Below, piece by piece: positions 29,272 through 39,137 of a DNA stretch of 64,000 nt (position 1 is the stretch's first letter; each line of letters begins with the position of its first letter). Position numbers and translations under genes: made by a program. The notes under the pieces were generated by a model. It was not told where the DNA came from. It saw nothing but the letters and a program-made list of their open reading frames with translations, and did no database searches. The DNA comes from Candidatus Forterrea multitransposorum CG_2015-17_Forterrea_25_41. Lineage in GTDB: Archaea > Iainarchaeota > Iainarchaeia > Iainarchaeales > CSSED10-239. The stretch spans positions 608,001 through 672,000 of the forward strand of contig CP045477.1 of the NCBI GenBank assembly GCA_009392915.1, in the 5' to 3' direction.

Positions 29272-30513
29272 ATGACAAATTTTCTTGAAAAATACAGACC
29301 ATCAAATCTTAGTGAAATGATTGGCCAGAAAAAACAGATTGAAACCTTAAAAGAAAGTTTAAGTAAAAATCCAAGTACACCAATCTTTATTTATGGAGAA
29401 AGTGGTATTGGAAAAACCTTGGCAGTAAAACTACTTGCAGAAGAACTTAACTTGTCTATTTATCATACAGATGCTTCTGATATGAGAGGAAAAGAAGCAA
29501 TTACAAGTCTTGCTCAAGTAGCATATTCAGCATCAAACATATTTGGTCAAAAAAGATTGATTCTTTTAGATGAAATTGATGCTATGGAAGATAAAAGAGG
29601 AAGAGAAGATGCTGGAGGATTTGCAGAAATTACAAAGATAATTGATAAAACAAAACAACCTATTATTTTTATTGCAAACGATCCTTATGAAAATAAAAAA
29701 TTAAGGCCTATCTTTAATAAATGTGTACAGATAAGGTTTGATCTTCCAAATAAACTATCAATACTTAAGTTTGCAAAAGAAATTTGTGATAAGGAAGAAA
29801 AAGATTATGATTTAATGTCTCTTAAAACACTTGTTGAAAATACAAAAAATGATATTAGAGCTTTACTTTTAGATCTTGAGACTTTATGTAATTTTGATAA
29901 AATAACATTAGAAGACATTGAATCTCTTGGAGATAGAAAAAGAGATGAAGATGTTTTTAAAGTTCTTGGAAAAATATTTTATCCAAGAGGTTTTCTTGAA
30001 ACTAAAAATGCAATAAATGATTTAAGTATAGATTGGGAACTTTTATTTGCATGGCTTGAAGAGAATATACCTAGAAAATATAAAAATCCAATAAATCTTG
30101 AGAGAGGTATGGAAGCTTTAAGTAGAGCAGATGTTTTTAAAGGAAGGATAAAAGCTACAAATTGGATTCTTTTAAAATATATTTTAGATTATTTAACAGT
30201 TGGAGTTGCTTATGCAAAAACAGAAAAAGAAGCAGGAGGCTTTTCACCTTTTGTTTTTCCAACACTTTTAAAAAAATTAAGTTCTAATAAAAAAGAAAAA
30301 ATAATTTTTGATAATATTGTATTAAAAATGCAAGAGAAAATACATGCATCAAAAAGAATAATTAAAAGAGACTACATACCTTTTCTTTTAATTATTGCAC
30401 AAACAAATAAATTTACAAAAGATATTGTTAATTATTTTGGATTTGAGCATGAAGAAATTAAACAACTTGGAGCTAAAATATCTTTAAAAGAATATGAAAA
30501 AATAATTGAATAA
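29272..30513 (+). CDS. rfcL: Replication factor C large subunit
   Basis: AAA+ motifs YGESGIGKTL and LILLDEID plus C-terminal RFC-large-type extension. Confidence 0.75.
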   Translation: MTNFLEKYRPSNLSEMIGQKKQIETLKESLSKNPSTPIFIYGESGIGKTLAVKLLAEELNLSIYHTDASDMRGKEAITSLAQVAYSASNIFGQKRLILLDEIDAMEDKRGREDAGGFAEITKIIDKTKQPIIFIANDPYENKKLRPIFNKCVQIRFDLPNKLSILKFAKEICDKEEKDYDLMSLKTLVENTKNDIRALLLDLETLCNFDKITLEDIESLGDRKRDEDVFKVLGKIFYPRGFLETKNAINDLSIDWELLFAWLEENIPRKYKNPINLERGMEALSRADVFKGRIKATNWILLKYILDYLTVGVAYAKTEKEAGGFSPFVFPTLLKKLSSNKKEKIIFDNIVLKMQEKIHASKRIIKRDYIPFLLIIAQTNKFTKDIVNYFGFEHEEIKQLGAKISLKEYEKIIE

Positions 30514-30531
30514 AATTTAAAATGATTTAAT

Positions 30532-32322
30532 ATGGCAACAGAATATACAAGAATAGCAGTAATTGATAAAAATAAATGTCAACCAAAAGCATGTAACTAT
30601 CTATGCCACAGAGTTTGTCCTCCTGTTAAAATGGGAGAAGATGCAATCGAAGTTACAAATAGAGAAAACTGGACACCACCAGTAATTAATGAATCATTAT
30701 GTACTGGTTGTGGTATTTGTCCTCACAAATGTCCTTTCAATGCAATTACAATTATAAACACAGGAATTAAGTTTGGAGATCCAATACACCAATATGGTCA
30801 AAATAGTTTTAGAGTATATTCTCTTCCATCTGCTGAAAAAGGTTTTATTACTGGGCTTATTGGAATTAATGGTTCTGGAAAAACAACAAGTATAAACATC
30901 CTTTCAGGAAATTTAGTTCCTAACTTAGGAGCCTATGATGAAAAAGAAGACATAGATAAAGTAATTGAGTATTATAGAGGAAAAAACATCCAAAAGAATT
31001 TTATAGAAATTAAAGAAAAAAAATTATCTTTTGCATATAAAATACAGAAAGTTGAAGAAATTCCAAAAGTCTTTAAAAAAAGCATTAAAGAATTACTTGA
31101 AAATATTTCAAAAGATAAAGAATATTATGAAAAAATTATAAAAGAACTTGAAATTGAAAAACTTCTTTTAAAAACACCAACAGAGGTATCAGGTGGAGAA
31201 TTACAAAGAATAGCAATTGCTGCATGTCTTTTAAAAGATGCTCAAATTTATTTTTTTGATGAGTACACTACATTTTTAGATATTAAACAAAGATTTAAAA
31301 TTGCAAAAATATTAAGAGAGAAAATAAATGAAAATAATTCAATTATGTTAATTGAACATGATCTTGCAATCCTAGATTACATTAGTGATTTTGTACAAAT
31401 AATGTTTGGTAGGAAAAATGCATATGGACAATCTTCTAATAAAAAAACAACAAAAAAAGGAATTAATGAATTTTTAGAAGGTTTCTTAAAAGAAGAAAAC
31501 ATAAGAATTAGAAATTATAAAATAGAATTTAGCTCTGCAAAATATGCAACTGAAAAAAGAATAGAAACCACTCTTGCAAAATATCCTTCTTTTAAAAAAA
31601 CATTAGGAGAATTTAACCTAGAAGTTGAAGAAGGAGAAATTAAGAAAGGAGAAATAATTGGTGTTTTAGGACAAAATGCTATTGGAAAAACAACCTTTAT
31701 AAAAATTCTTGCAGGAGAAATCAAAGCAGATGATAAAGATCTAGATATTAAACTTAAAGTGTCTTATAAACCACAATATATCGATCTTAATGAAGATATT
31801 ACTGTTCAAGAATTATTTTTAAAAAAAGAAATAAATCAAGATATTTTTAATTCAGAGATTAGAAGACAACTTGATATTGATAGTATAATTGATCAAGAAA
31901 TAAATCAACTTTCTGGAGGAGAACTTCAAAAGGTTGCAATTGCATATACTCTTTCAAGAAATGCAGACATCTATCTTATTGATGAACCATCAGCATTTTT
32001 AGATGTTGAGCAAAGATTAATTGTTTCAAATGTTATTAAAAGCGTTATCTTAAAGACAGAAAAAAGTGCTTTAGTTGTAGATCATGATCTTTTATTTGTA
32101 GACTATATTTCAGATAGAGTTCTTTTATTCCAAGGAGAAGCCTCTGTTAAAGGTTTTGCAAACAAAATAGATAAAATAGAAGCTTCTTTTAATAAATTTT
32201 TAAAAGAACAAAACATGACTTTTAGACAAGATCCTGATACTAAAAGACCAAGAGCAAATAAACCAGACTCACAAAAAGATAAAGAACAAAGAAAAGATAA
32301 TAGTTATTATTATACTATTTAA
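30532..32322 (+). CDS. abcE1: ABCE1 / RNase L inhibitor-like ribosome recycling factor
   Basis: N-terminal 2x[4Fe-4S] ferredoxin domain (CQPKACNYLCHRVCPP; CTGCGICPHKCP) and two ABC cassettes (GINGSGKTT; LSGGELQ). Confidence 0.9.
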   Translation: MATEYTRIAVIDKNKCQPKACNYLCHRVCPPVKMGEDAIEVTNRENWTPPVINESLCTGCGICPHKCPFNAITIINTGIKFGDPIHQYGQNSFRVYSLPSAEKGFITGLIGINGSGKTTSINILSGNLVPNLGAYDEKEDIDKVIEYYRGKNIQKNFIEIKEKKLSFAYKIQKVEEIPKVFKKSIKELLENISKDKEYYEKIIKELEIEKLLLKTPTEVSGGELQRIAIAACLLKDAQIYFFDEYTTFLDIKQRFKIAKILREKINENNSIMLIEHDLAILDYISDFVQIMFGRKNAYGQSSNKKTTKKGINEFLEGFLKEENIRIRNYKIEFSSAKYATEKRIETTLAKYPSFKKTLGEFNLEVEEGEIKKGEIIGVLGQNAIGKTTFIKILAGEIKADDKDLDIKLKVSYKPQYIDLNEDITVQELFLKKEINQDIFNSEIRRQLDIDSIIDQEINQLSGGELQKVAIAYTLSRNADIYLIDEPSAFLDVEQRLIVSNVIKSVILKTEKSALVVDHDLLFVDYISDRVLLFQGEASVKGFANKIDKIEASFNKFLKEQNMTFRQDPDTKRPRANKPDSQKDKEQRKDNSYYYTI

Positions 32323-32819
32323 GGTCTTCTTTGGAAAATAATTTCTGCAGAAATATAATTATCTACAATTGAAACATTACAATCAGATAAATCACCAGAA
32401 ACATCTATTTCTTTATCAAAATAAACTTCTTTTGAAATTTCAGAAGTAATATTTGAAGATTGATTATTACATAATAAATCTAATTTTCCAGAATATCTGT
32501 CTCCTGAAAGAGCAGAATTTTCAATTGTAATATCACAATCAAGGCTATTTTTATTTGTTTCATTTAACATAGATGAAAGATAATTATTAACTCTTGAATC
32601 ATAATTATTTTTTGTTGCAATTGAACAACTATTAAAAGTTTCATCCAGCAAAGAATCTACAACAATATTATCTGCTGATAAGGCTAAAAGAGAAACATGA
32701 TTATAAGAATTTGTTATAACTTCTGTGTTATCAGAAATAATTATTGAAGGAGTTAAAAAAACTATAACAATTAATAAAATAATTCCACTAAACAAACCTT
32801 TTTCCATCAAACCCCTCAC
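32319..32819 (-). CDS. Archaeal type IV pilin-like protein (class III signal peptide)
   Basis: N-terminus MEKG|LFSGIILLIVIVFL. Fourth gene of a co-oriented cluster. Confidence 0.5.
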   Translation of the reverse strand: MRGLMEKGLFSGIILLIVIVFLTPSIIISDNTEVITNSYNHVSLLALSADNIVVDSLLDETFNSCSIATKNNYDSRVNNYLSSMLNETNKNSLDCDITIENSALSGDRYSGKLDLLCNNQSSNITSEISKEVYFDKEIDVSGDLSDCNVSIVDNYISAEIIFQRRP

Positions 32820-33090
32820 AATAAACTTTAGTTTCTAAATCATTATAACCATTATCAGTTGAAGTAAAATCATAATAAAAATATTCAGTACACCAGTAAT
32901 ACTCAGCTAGACTTGTAACTTCTCCTTCTCCTGAATTAAACTCATTGTAGTTAAGTGAATTTAAAATTACTTGCTTATCTGTATTAACTGACCTATAAAC
33001 AACAAAAGTTGTAAGTGTTAAAAACAAAATAAATATCATTACATAATGAAGAGTTGTAATTGTTAAAATATATCCTTTATTTTGTTTCAT
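32788..33090 (-). CDS. Archaeal type IV pilin-like protein (class III signal peptide)
   Basis: N-terminus QNKG|YILTITTLHYVMIFILFL. Confidence 0.45.
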   Translation of the reverse strand: MKQNKGYILTITTLHYVMIFILFLTLTTFVVYRSVNTDKQVILNSLNYNEFNSGEGEVTSLAEYYWCTEYFYYDFTSTDNGYNDLETKVYCEGFDGKRFV

Positions 33091-33600
33091 TTATCTCCAC
33101 ACCTTTAAATTTAGTTCTTGTTTAGTATCTAAAATATTATCATTACCAGATAAACTATCAATATACCTTTTTTTATTAATTGCAAAGTTTGGTGTAATTG
33201 AAACATTAAAATCTATAGAATAATAATTATCAATTGATGGATCTAAAACATCAGTACATTCATTTGTAGTAAAAGCATAACTTGTAAGAGAACATTTATA
33301 GTTTGTAGGAATCCCTAGATTGTTTTTTGAAATATTTGAATTTTCAGTAAGGCATGCAGGAATATGATATCTATTATGAGAATCAAAAGCATAACAATTA
33401 ATATATGGATTATTAACTATATTTTTAAAAGCCATTTTTCCAACATTGTTTAATTGAGAATTAATATTATCTGTTGTTGTAGAATAAACTTTTGATTCAA
33501 CAATATTTACTAAAAGGAAAGAAACAAGTATGATTAGAACAACTGAAAAAAGAATATCTAAAACCATAATTTGTCCTTTTTTATTTTTAATCATAATCAA
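33091..33600 (-). CDS. Archaeal type IV pilin-like protein (class III signal peptide)
   Basis: N-terminus KNKKG|QIMVLDILFSVVLIILV. Confidence 0.55.
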   Translation of the reverse strand: MIMIKNKKGQIMVLDILFSVVLIILVSFLLVNIVESKVYSTTTDNINSQLNNVGKMAFKNIVNNPYINCYAFDSHNRYHIPACLTENSNISKNNLGIPTNYKCSLTSYAFTTNECTDVLDPSIDNYYSIDFNVSITPNFAINKKRYIDSLSGNDNILDTKQELNLKVWR

Positions 33601-34070
33601 TCACAAACAATATCTCCAGAACTATTATAACAAGTTACTATTTCTCCACAGTATTTCTCAAAATCACTAAAAGAAAATTTAGTGTTGTTTAAAGACATGT
33701 TTTGATCGTAATAAATAACAGAATCATCATACTCTACAATCATATTTAAAAAACCAGGGTTAATAATAAACTTACATTCTACATTCTTAGAAGGAATCGT
33801 AATGTTTGGAATTTTAAAAGTATTTTCAAAACTTACATTAAAATTATTATCAACAACATCAGTTACAAATATTTCTTGAGACTTTAAAAAACTATAAAGA
33901 GAATCTGAAATTTGAGATTGTTGTTCTTTTATTTTATATAACTCAATTGTTTCAACAGTATTGTTTGAAAGATCATTAAATACAGTTATAAATATTATTA
34001 GAAAGATAATAATGATTACAACTTCAATTGAAACTTGAGCTTTTTTATTTCTATTCATAAATATTAACAA
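33597..34070 (-). CDS. Archaeal type IV pilin-like protein (class III signal peptide, Glu at +5)
   Basis: N-terminus NRNKKA|QVSIEVVIIIIFLII. Confidence 0.5.
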   Translation of the reverse strand: MLIFMNRNKKAQVSIEVVIIIIFLIIFITVFNDLSNNTVETIELYKIKEQQSQISDSLYSFLKSQEIFVTDVVDNNFNVSFENTFKIPNITIPSKNVECKFIINPGFLNMIVEYDDSVIYYDQNMSLNNTKFSFSDFEKYCGEIVTCYNSSGDIVCD

Positions 34071-34145
34071 TTAATTAGTTATATATTATAAAATAGAATA
34101 AAACATTTATAAACATTAGCAATTTAAAGAAAAAAAAGAAAAAAA

Positions 34146-34412
34146 TTAAAGTAAAGTAGATACTTCAATTTCTATGTCTCTAACACCATCAATAGCTTTA
34201 ATAGCATCTTCAAGTTTATCTAAAAGACCATCTATTTTATCAGGGAAGACAACTCCTAACTTAATTACTTTTAAACCAAAAGCAATTGGTTCAATTTCAA
34301 GCTTTGCAACTTTGAAAGGATCACCAAAACCTTTTTCTAAAGATTCTTTGATCTTATCAATATCTTCTATTTCCTCAGGGTATACTTTGTATACTGAAAG
34401 AATGTCACCCAT
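34146..34412 (-). CDS. ef1b: Elongation factor 1-beta (aEF-1β)
   Basis: 88 aa. MGDILSVYKVYPEE...IEPIAFGLKVIKL... is the typical aEF-1β sequence. Confidence 0.85.
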   Translation of the reverse strand: MGDILSVYKVYPEEIEDIDKIKESLEKGFGDPFKVAKLEIEPIAFGLKVIKLGVVFPDKIDGLLDKLEDAIKAIDGVRDIEIEVSTLL

Positions 34413-34458
34413 AAATAATTCACCTACATTATGTTTTTAAAAATAATAAATTTAATAC

Positions 34459-34614
34459 CTAAGGACCTATAAATGAACAACTTGGACACTTATATTTCTT
34501 TGATATAGATTTACATCTGTTACATCTAATAATTTCTACTTTCCCGCAGTTTGGGCATTTAAATTTTGTGAAATTATCTGTAACTTCTATATTACAACTA
34601 CTGCATCTATCCAT
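34459..34614 (-). CDS. Zn-ribbon protein of the COG2888-type, partner of aEF-1β (small ORF not in track)
   Basis: Manual translation gives MDRCSSCNIEVTDNFTKFKCPNCGKVEIIRCNRCKSISKKYKCPSCSFIGP, with four CxxC pairs. Conserved position upstream of ef1b. Confidence 0.5.
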   Translation of the reverse strand: MDRCSSCNIEVTDNFTKFKCPNCGKVEIIRCNRCKSISKKYKCPSCSFIGP

Positions 34615-34670
34615 TAGTAATGCACCTCTAATTTTTTTAAAAAGAATAATTATATATTAACTTAAAACTA

Positions 34671-34681
34671 TATATATTTAA
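34671..34681 (+). promoter_or_regulatory. Putative TATA box for the tRNA-Arg gene
   Basis: tatatatttaa is centred ~30 nt upstream of the tRNA 5' end. Confidence 0.35.
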
Positions 34682-34705
34682 TAAACAAATCATTTTTAAA
34701 AGGGT

Positions 34706-34778
34706 GGGGTTGTAGCATAGTGGATAGTGCAGTTGGCTTCGGACCAACAGGTCGTGGGTTCAAATCCCACCAACCCCT
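34706..34778 (+). tRNA. tRNA-Arg (anticodon TCG)
   Basis: Manual fold: acceptor GGGGTTG/CAACCCC, D-stem GCAT/GTGC, anticodon stem GTTGG/CCAAC with loop CTTCGGA, T-arm GTGGG-TTCAAAT-CCCAC. No encoded CCA; followed by a T-run. Confidence 0.85.
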
Positions 34779-34812
34779 TTTTTCTATTTTTTTAAAAAAA
34801 TTAGAAAGAGAA

Positions 34813-35475
34813 CTATAAATCTTTTTCTTCTAAGATATCAAAGACAATAAGCTTTGAAGGAATATTTTGTAATTCCATCTCTTCTCTTAAATTTTCAGGA
34901 GTATATTTTAAAACTTCAAAGGTATCATAATGCATTGGAATTACAATTTTTGGTTTTAAAAGATTTAAAGCATAACAAGCTTCTTTTGGTCCCATATTAA
35001 ACCTACCATCAATAGGAAGCATCACAATTTCTGGAGCATATAAATCTTTAATAATTTTCATATCTAAAAAAACATTTGTATCTCCTGCAAAATAAATACT
35101 TCTTTGATCATATCTAATAATAAAACCTACAGGAACCCCTTTATTTGAGGAATGCTCAGCTTTAACAAAAGTAAAAGAAATACCTTTATAATCAATTGTT
35201 CCACCTAAATTCCCACCAATTGTTGGAACATGAAATTTATTTAGTTCTTGAGCAAGATCAAAAATTGTAATAATCTCTGCACCAGAATGTTTAGAAATCT
35301 CAATTGCATCTCCTAAATGATCGTGATGATCATGAGTTAATAGAATAACATCTGGCTTAACATCTAAAACACCCATTTTAGATAAAGGATTGTTTGTTAT
35401 AAAAGGATCTAAAAGAATTTTAATATTATTAATTGTGATTAAAAAACAAGAATGTCCAATGTATTTAATATTCAT
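34813..35475 (-). CDS. Metallo-beta-lactamase-fold metal-dependent hydrolase (UPF0173-like)
   Basis: N-terminus KYIGHSCFLI and LLTHDHHDHLGD. Paralog of 24848-25543. Confidence 0.7.
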   Translation of the reverse strand: MNIKYIGHSCFLITINNIKILLDPFITNNPLSKMGVLDVKPDVILLTHDHHDHLGDAIEISKHSGAEIITIFDLAQELNKFHVPTIGGNLGGTIDYKGISFTFVKAEHSSNKGVPVGFIIRYDQRSIYFAGDTNVFLDMKIIKDLYAPEIVMLPIDGRFNMGPKEACYALNLLKPKIVIPMHYDTFEVLKYTPENLREEMELQNIPSKLIVFDILEEKDL

Positions 35476-36329
35476 GATTTAAGCTCCTCACTTTTTTTAT
35501 TAATTTTTTCAATAATTGTAAATGGTCCAAAGAAATAAACTTTTCCAAAACTAAATCTTACTAAAATATCATTAATATAGATTTTAAACCTAATAGATAG
35601 ACTTTGTTCAAAATCTTTTAAAAGAAATTCTTTAAAAGAATCAAAATCTTTAATATTTAACTTAAAAGTAAAATCATTTTTTTTAATAAAAATATTATTA
35701 CTCTCAAAAAAAGTTATAGTCTGAGGATATTGATTTGAGCAATCAATAGTTAGTTCTTCAAAAGAATAAAGTTCTAAAACATGTTTAAAAATATCAAATG
35801 TTTTAGCATTAAGGTTAAAAATTAAATAATCTTCAAAATTTTCATTTTTTAAAATAGTTATATGGTTTGAAAGAATAGATGAGATGTAAGCATAATGAGA
35901 AACACTTGAATCAATTTCTTTTTTTAAAATTTCAAGATCACTTATATAAAAATTAGAACTTGTTTTTCCTGTTTTTAAAAAACTAGGATCTTGCTTACTT
36001 CTTTCAAGAAATATTTGTAAATTTTTTACAATCTCATCAACATCTTCTAAAGAACTTTTCTTTCTTGATTTTTCTAAAAGATCATTTATGTTAATTAAAA
36101 TTTTATTTTTAAGTTTAGACTCAATTGTCTGTCTTCCTTTTTCTGTTAAAAAATAATCATCATTATTCTTTTCAACTTCACCAAAAGCCACTAAATTTTT
36201 TAAAGCTCTTGAAAGAGCAGCTTTTGCAGAATTGACTGATGAATAGTTTGAAACCATTTTTGTTAAAAGATCATTATAATTTGTTTTCTTTTGACTTATC
36301 TGTAAAAGAATTGAATCTGAAAGAGCCAT
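35472..36329 (-). CDS. Hypothetical protein (possible N-terminal winged-helix domain)
   Basis: 285 aa with no catalytic motif. Confidence 0.3.
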   Translation of the reverse strand: MALSDSILLQISQKKTNYNDLLTKMVSNYSSVNSAKAALSRALKNLVAFGEVEKNNDDYFLTEKGRQTIESKLKNKILININDLLEKSRKKSSLEDVDEIVKNLQIFLERSKQDPSFLKTGKTSSNFYISDLEILKKEIDSSVSHYAYISSILSNHITILKNENFEDYLIFNLNAKTFDIFKHVLELYSFEELTIDCSNQYPQTITFFESNNIFIKKNDFTFKLNIKDFDSFKEFLLKDFEQSLSIRFKIYINDILVRFSFGKVYFFGPFTIIEKINKKSEELKS

Positions 36330-36500
36330 ATATATATTTCACATCTTAAAATATTATTAATTACTAAATAATTATTAGAAGGAAAAATATATAAAGACAT
36401 GTTAACATATTTATGTATTAACAAAGAAGTGTTAAGAGAAAAAAGAATATTTTATAAATCGTTTTGTGAAATAAATATATATAAGGAATTATTTTTAGAA

Positions 36501-36509
36501 AAGGAGGAG
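36501..36509 (+). promoter_or_regulatory. Shine-Dalgarno-like site upstream of the histone gene
   Basis: AAGGAGGAG lies 6 nt before the ATG. Confidence 0.4.
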
Positions 36510-36514
36510 AATAT

Positions 36515-36724
36515 ATGTCAGAATTACCAATAGCAGCAATAGACAGACTTATTAGGAAAGCAGGGGCTGAGAGAGTCTCTGAAGATGCAGCAGAAGAACT
36601 TGGAAAAATATTATCAGAAGTTGCAATAGACATATCAAAACAAGCAATAGAACTTGCAAGACATGCAAAAAGAAAAACAGTAACATCAGAAGATATTAAA
36701 CTTGCTACAAAAACAATGCAATAA
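36515..36724 (+). CDS. Archaeal histone (HMf-like histone fold)
   Basis: 69 aa. AIDRLIRKAGAERVSEDAAEELGKILSEVAIDISKQAIELARHAKRKTVTSEDIKLA is the canonical archaeal histone. Confidence 0.9.
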   Translation: MSELPIAAIDRLIRKAGAERVSEDAAEELGKILSEVAIDISKQAIELARHAKRKTVTSEDIKLATKTMQ

Positions 36725-36734
36725 AGGTTTTTTT

Positions 36735-37577
36735 ATGGATAGATTTGACCTACATACACACACTCATTTTTCAGATGGAAAGTTAAGTCCAACAGAATTA
36801 GTGATAAAGGCTAAGGAAATTGGACTAAAAGGAATTTCAATCACAGATCATGATAGTATAGAAGGGTATTTTGAAGCAGAAAAAGCAGCAGAGAAAAACA
36901 ACCTAACCCTTATCTCTGGGGTTGAGATTCAAGGAATGGGTACAGAGATTTTAGGATATGGTTTTGATCCTAAGGATAATTATCTTGAAATGTTTCTTGA
37001 AAAACAAAGAATACAGAGAAAAAAGTTTATTAAAAAAAAAATAGAAGGACTTTTAGAGTATGGTATAGAAATTGACTATAATGAAGTTTTAGAAAACTCA
37101 GGAAAAGGTCAAAACCCTAATTCTGCAAATATAGCACAAGTAATGGTTGAAAAAAGACATGTAAAAAGCCTTGATGAAGCATTTAGTGAATATTTAAGAG
37201 AGATTAGAGTTAGACTTGAAACTCCTCCTACTAGAACAAAAAAAGTTATTCAAATTATTAAAGATGCACAAGGAATACCTGTACTTCCACATCCATGGTA
37301 TCTTAAGGATTTTCAAAAGGCAGAAATTGAATCTTTTATATTAAAATTAGTTTCAGAAGGTCTTTTAGGAATAGAAACTAATGGATATATTCCAGAAGAT
37401 TTAATAAAATATAAAAATACTGTTTTTATGGATAAAATAAAAGAACTTACTAAAAAATACGAGCTAATTGAAACTGCAGGCTCTGATTTTCATGGAGATC
37501 TAGTACATGAAAATAATGTTTTAGGAAAATACACTGTTTCTAAAAAAACAATTTTACAATTAAGCTCTAAAGCTTAG
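36735..37577 (+). CDS. PHP-domain metal-dependent phosphoesterase
   Basis: N-terminal HTHTHFSDG motif. Start placed at the ATG at 36735; the upstream TTG in the track overlaps the histone stop. Confidence 0.7.
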   Translation: MDRFDLHTHTHFSDGKLSPTELVIKAKEIGLKGISITDHDSIEGYFEAEKAAEKNNLTLISGVEIQGMGTEILGYGFDPKDNYLEMFLEKQRIQRKKFIKKKIEGLLEYGIEIDYNEVLENSGKGQNPNSANIAQVMVEKRHVKSLDEAFSEYLREIRVRLETPPTRTKKVIQIIKDAQGIPVLPHPWYLKDFQKAEIESFILKLVSEGLLGIETNGYIPEDLIKYKNTVFMDKIKELTKKYELIETAGSDFHGDLVHENNVLGKYTVSKKTILQLSSKA

Positions 37578-38136
37578 ATTTTACAAAATCTAATGTTTTT
37601 TTAAAGACTTGATCTATGTTTATGTTTGTAGTATCTAAAACATAGTTGAAAACAGATAAATCTTTACCAAAATCAAAACCATAAATTTTTTTATAATGAG
37701 CTCTATTAAACTTATCTTTTTTTCTTAAAATTTTATCTGCAGATTCTAAAGAAATTTTATTTCTTAAAGCCATTCTTTCAGCTCTTATCTTATGAGTTGC
37801 TTTAAGCCAAATTTTTAAAACCCCTTTTTTCTTTTTTAAAAGATAAGGAAGAGTTGAAGAATCTAAAACAATATTTTCATTTTCTTTAACTAAAGAAAGC
37901 AAATATTTATCTAAATTTTTATCAAAAGAAAAATCATTTTTTCTAACAACCATAAGATTTGATTTTTCATACCAACCTTTATTCATTTTAGTTTTTTCAG
38001 AAATTGTTTTTTGATTATCTGTAAATTGTTTTAAAACATCAGAAGTATGAACAACTTTATATTTTAGTTGTTTACCTAAATACCTCGAAACCATGCTTTT
38101 ACCAGAAGCTGCATACCCACAAACTAAGATAATCAT
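37567..38136 (-). CDS. P-loop nucleotide kinase (cytidylate kinase/archaeal (d)NMP-kinase-like)
   Basis: MIILVCGYAASGKSMVSRYL Walker A motif. ~190 aa. Confidence 0.5.
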   Translation of the reverse strand: MIILVCGYAASGKSMVSRYLGKQLKYKVVHTSDVLKQFTDNQKTISEKTKMNKGWYEKSNLMVVRKNDFSFDKNLDKYLLSLVKENENIVLDSSTLPYLLKKKKGVLKIWLKATHKIRAERMALRNKISLESADKILRKKDKFNRAHYKKIYGFDFGKDLSVFNYVLDTTNINIDQVFKKTLDFVKSKL

Positions 38137-38248
38137 AAATAATCACATATATATTATATAGCAAAGATTTTTAAAACAAATATATTTATAAAACCATATA
38201 GTAACTAATAATATTGGACAAAAAAACATTAAAAAGTGGGGAAAATAA

Positions 38249-38662
38249 ATGGTTGTTAAAGATTCATTGAATGATTTTAAAAAAATTAGTAGTCTAGATT
38301 CATCTTGTCAAGAACTGCATATTACAAAGTCTTTTTCAATAAAAATAATTACAAAAATAATTACAAAATGTAAAAGACTAAAGTTAATAACACTTTCAAA
38401 AACAACAAAAGAAAGAATGGGTGAAAATACAAAAAAATTATTAAAATCAAAAAAAATAGCCCTTCAGATTAAAAATGAACAAGGAAGACCTATTGATATA
38501 CCTGCATCAAAACTTAAAAAAATTATTGAGATGCACAAAGATTTTTCATACAGAGAACTTGAAGAAAAATTAAAAGTTCCAAAAAGCACTATTCATTATT
38601 TAATTAGAAAATCTAAGAAAAAGAAATTAAAAGATGGAAAGAAAATTATTTATTTAAAATAA
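38249..38662 (+). CDS. Small lysine-rich hypothetical protein with possible C-terminal HTH
   Basis: 137 aa; KVPKSTIHYLIRKSKKKK. Confidence 0.3.
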   Translation: MVVKDSLNDFKKISSLDSSCQELHITKSFSIKIITKIITKCKRLKLITLSKTTKERMGENTKKLLKSKKIALQIKNEQGRPIDIPASKLKKIIEMHKDFSYRELEEKLKVPKSTIHYLIRKSKKKKLKDGKKIIYLK

Positions 38663-39097
38663 TTTTTCCATTTTAATAGAAGATCCAAAAAAATCAGAAT
38701 TATGGTTTTTTATTTTTTTATAACCTAATTTTGAATAAAAATTAATTGCTGTTAAAGAAGAATAAATAATTACAGAAGAAAAGTTTTTTTTTATTTCTTC
38801 TTCAGCAAAAAAAACTAATTTAGAACCTAAACCTTTTTTAAAAGAAAAAGGTGAAACATATAAAGAATAAATTTGGTTTTCAGAAATACAAATCGTTCCA
38901 ATAATTTTATTTAGATCTTCTAGAACATATATATTTTTTTCTTTAGAGCTAGTTATAATTTTTGAAATAGAATAATGACTTAGCATGTTACTAATTACTT
39001 TTTTAGAATAATCTTTAGAATTAACATTTAAAAGACAATCACTAATAATTACATTTAGTTCTTTAGCATCATCTAATTTAAATTTTCTAATTTTCAT
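38654..39097 (-). CDS. GNAT family N-acetyltransferase
   Basis: Acetyl-CoA motif FKKGLGSKLVFFAEEE. 147 aa. Confidence 0.7.
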   Translation of the reverse strand: MKIRKFKLDDAKELNVIISDCLLNVNSKDYSKKVISNMLSHYSISKIITSSKEKNIYVLEDLNKIIGTICISENQIYSLYVSPFSFKKGLGSKLVFFAEEEIKKNFSSVIIYSSLTAINFYSKLGYKKIKNHNSDFFGSSIKMEKLF

Positions 39098-39137
39098 AAC
39101 ATTAATTTATATAAAGTTAAATTGCTTAAAAATTAAT

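Noticed and set aside
34174-34440. 88-aa plus-strand ORF antisense to EF-1β
   Set aside because: Antisense to a confidently identified conserved gene. Ser/Leu-rich shadow ORF.
36418-36633. 71-aa minus-strand ORF antisense to the histone gene
   Set aside because: Fully antisense to a well-supported histone CDS. A GC-rich region lacking stops on the opposite strand.
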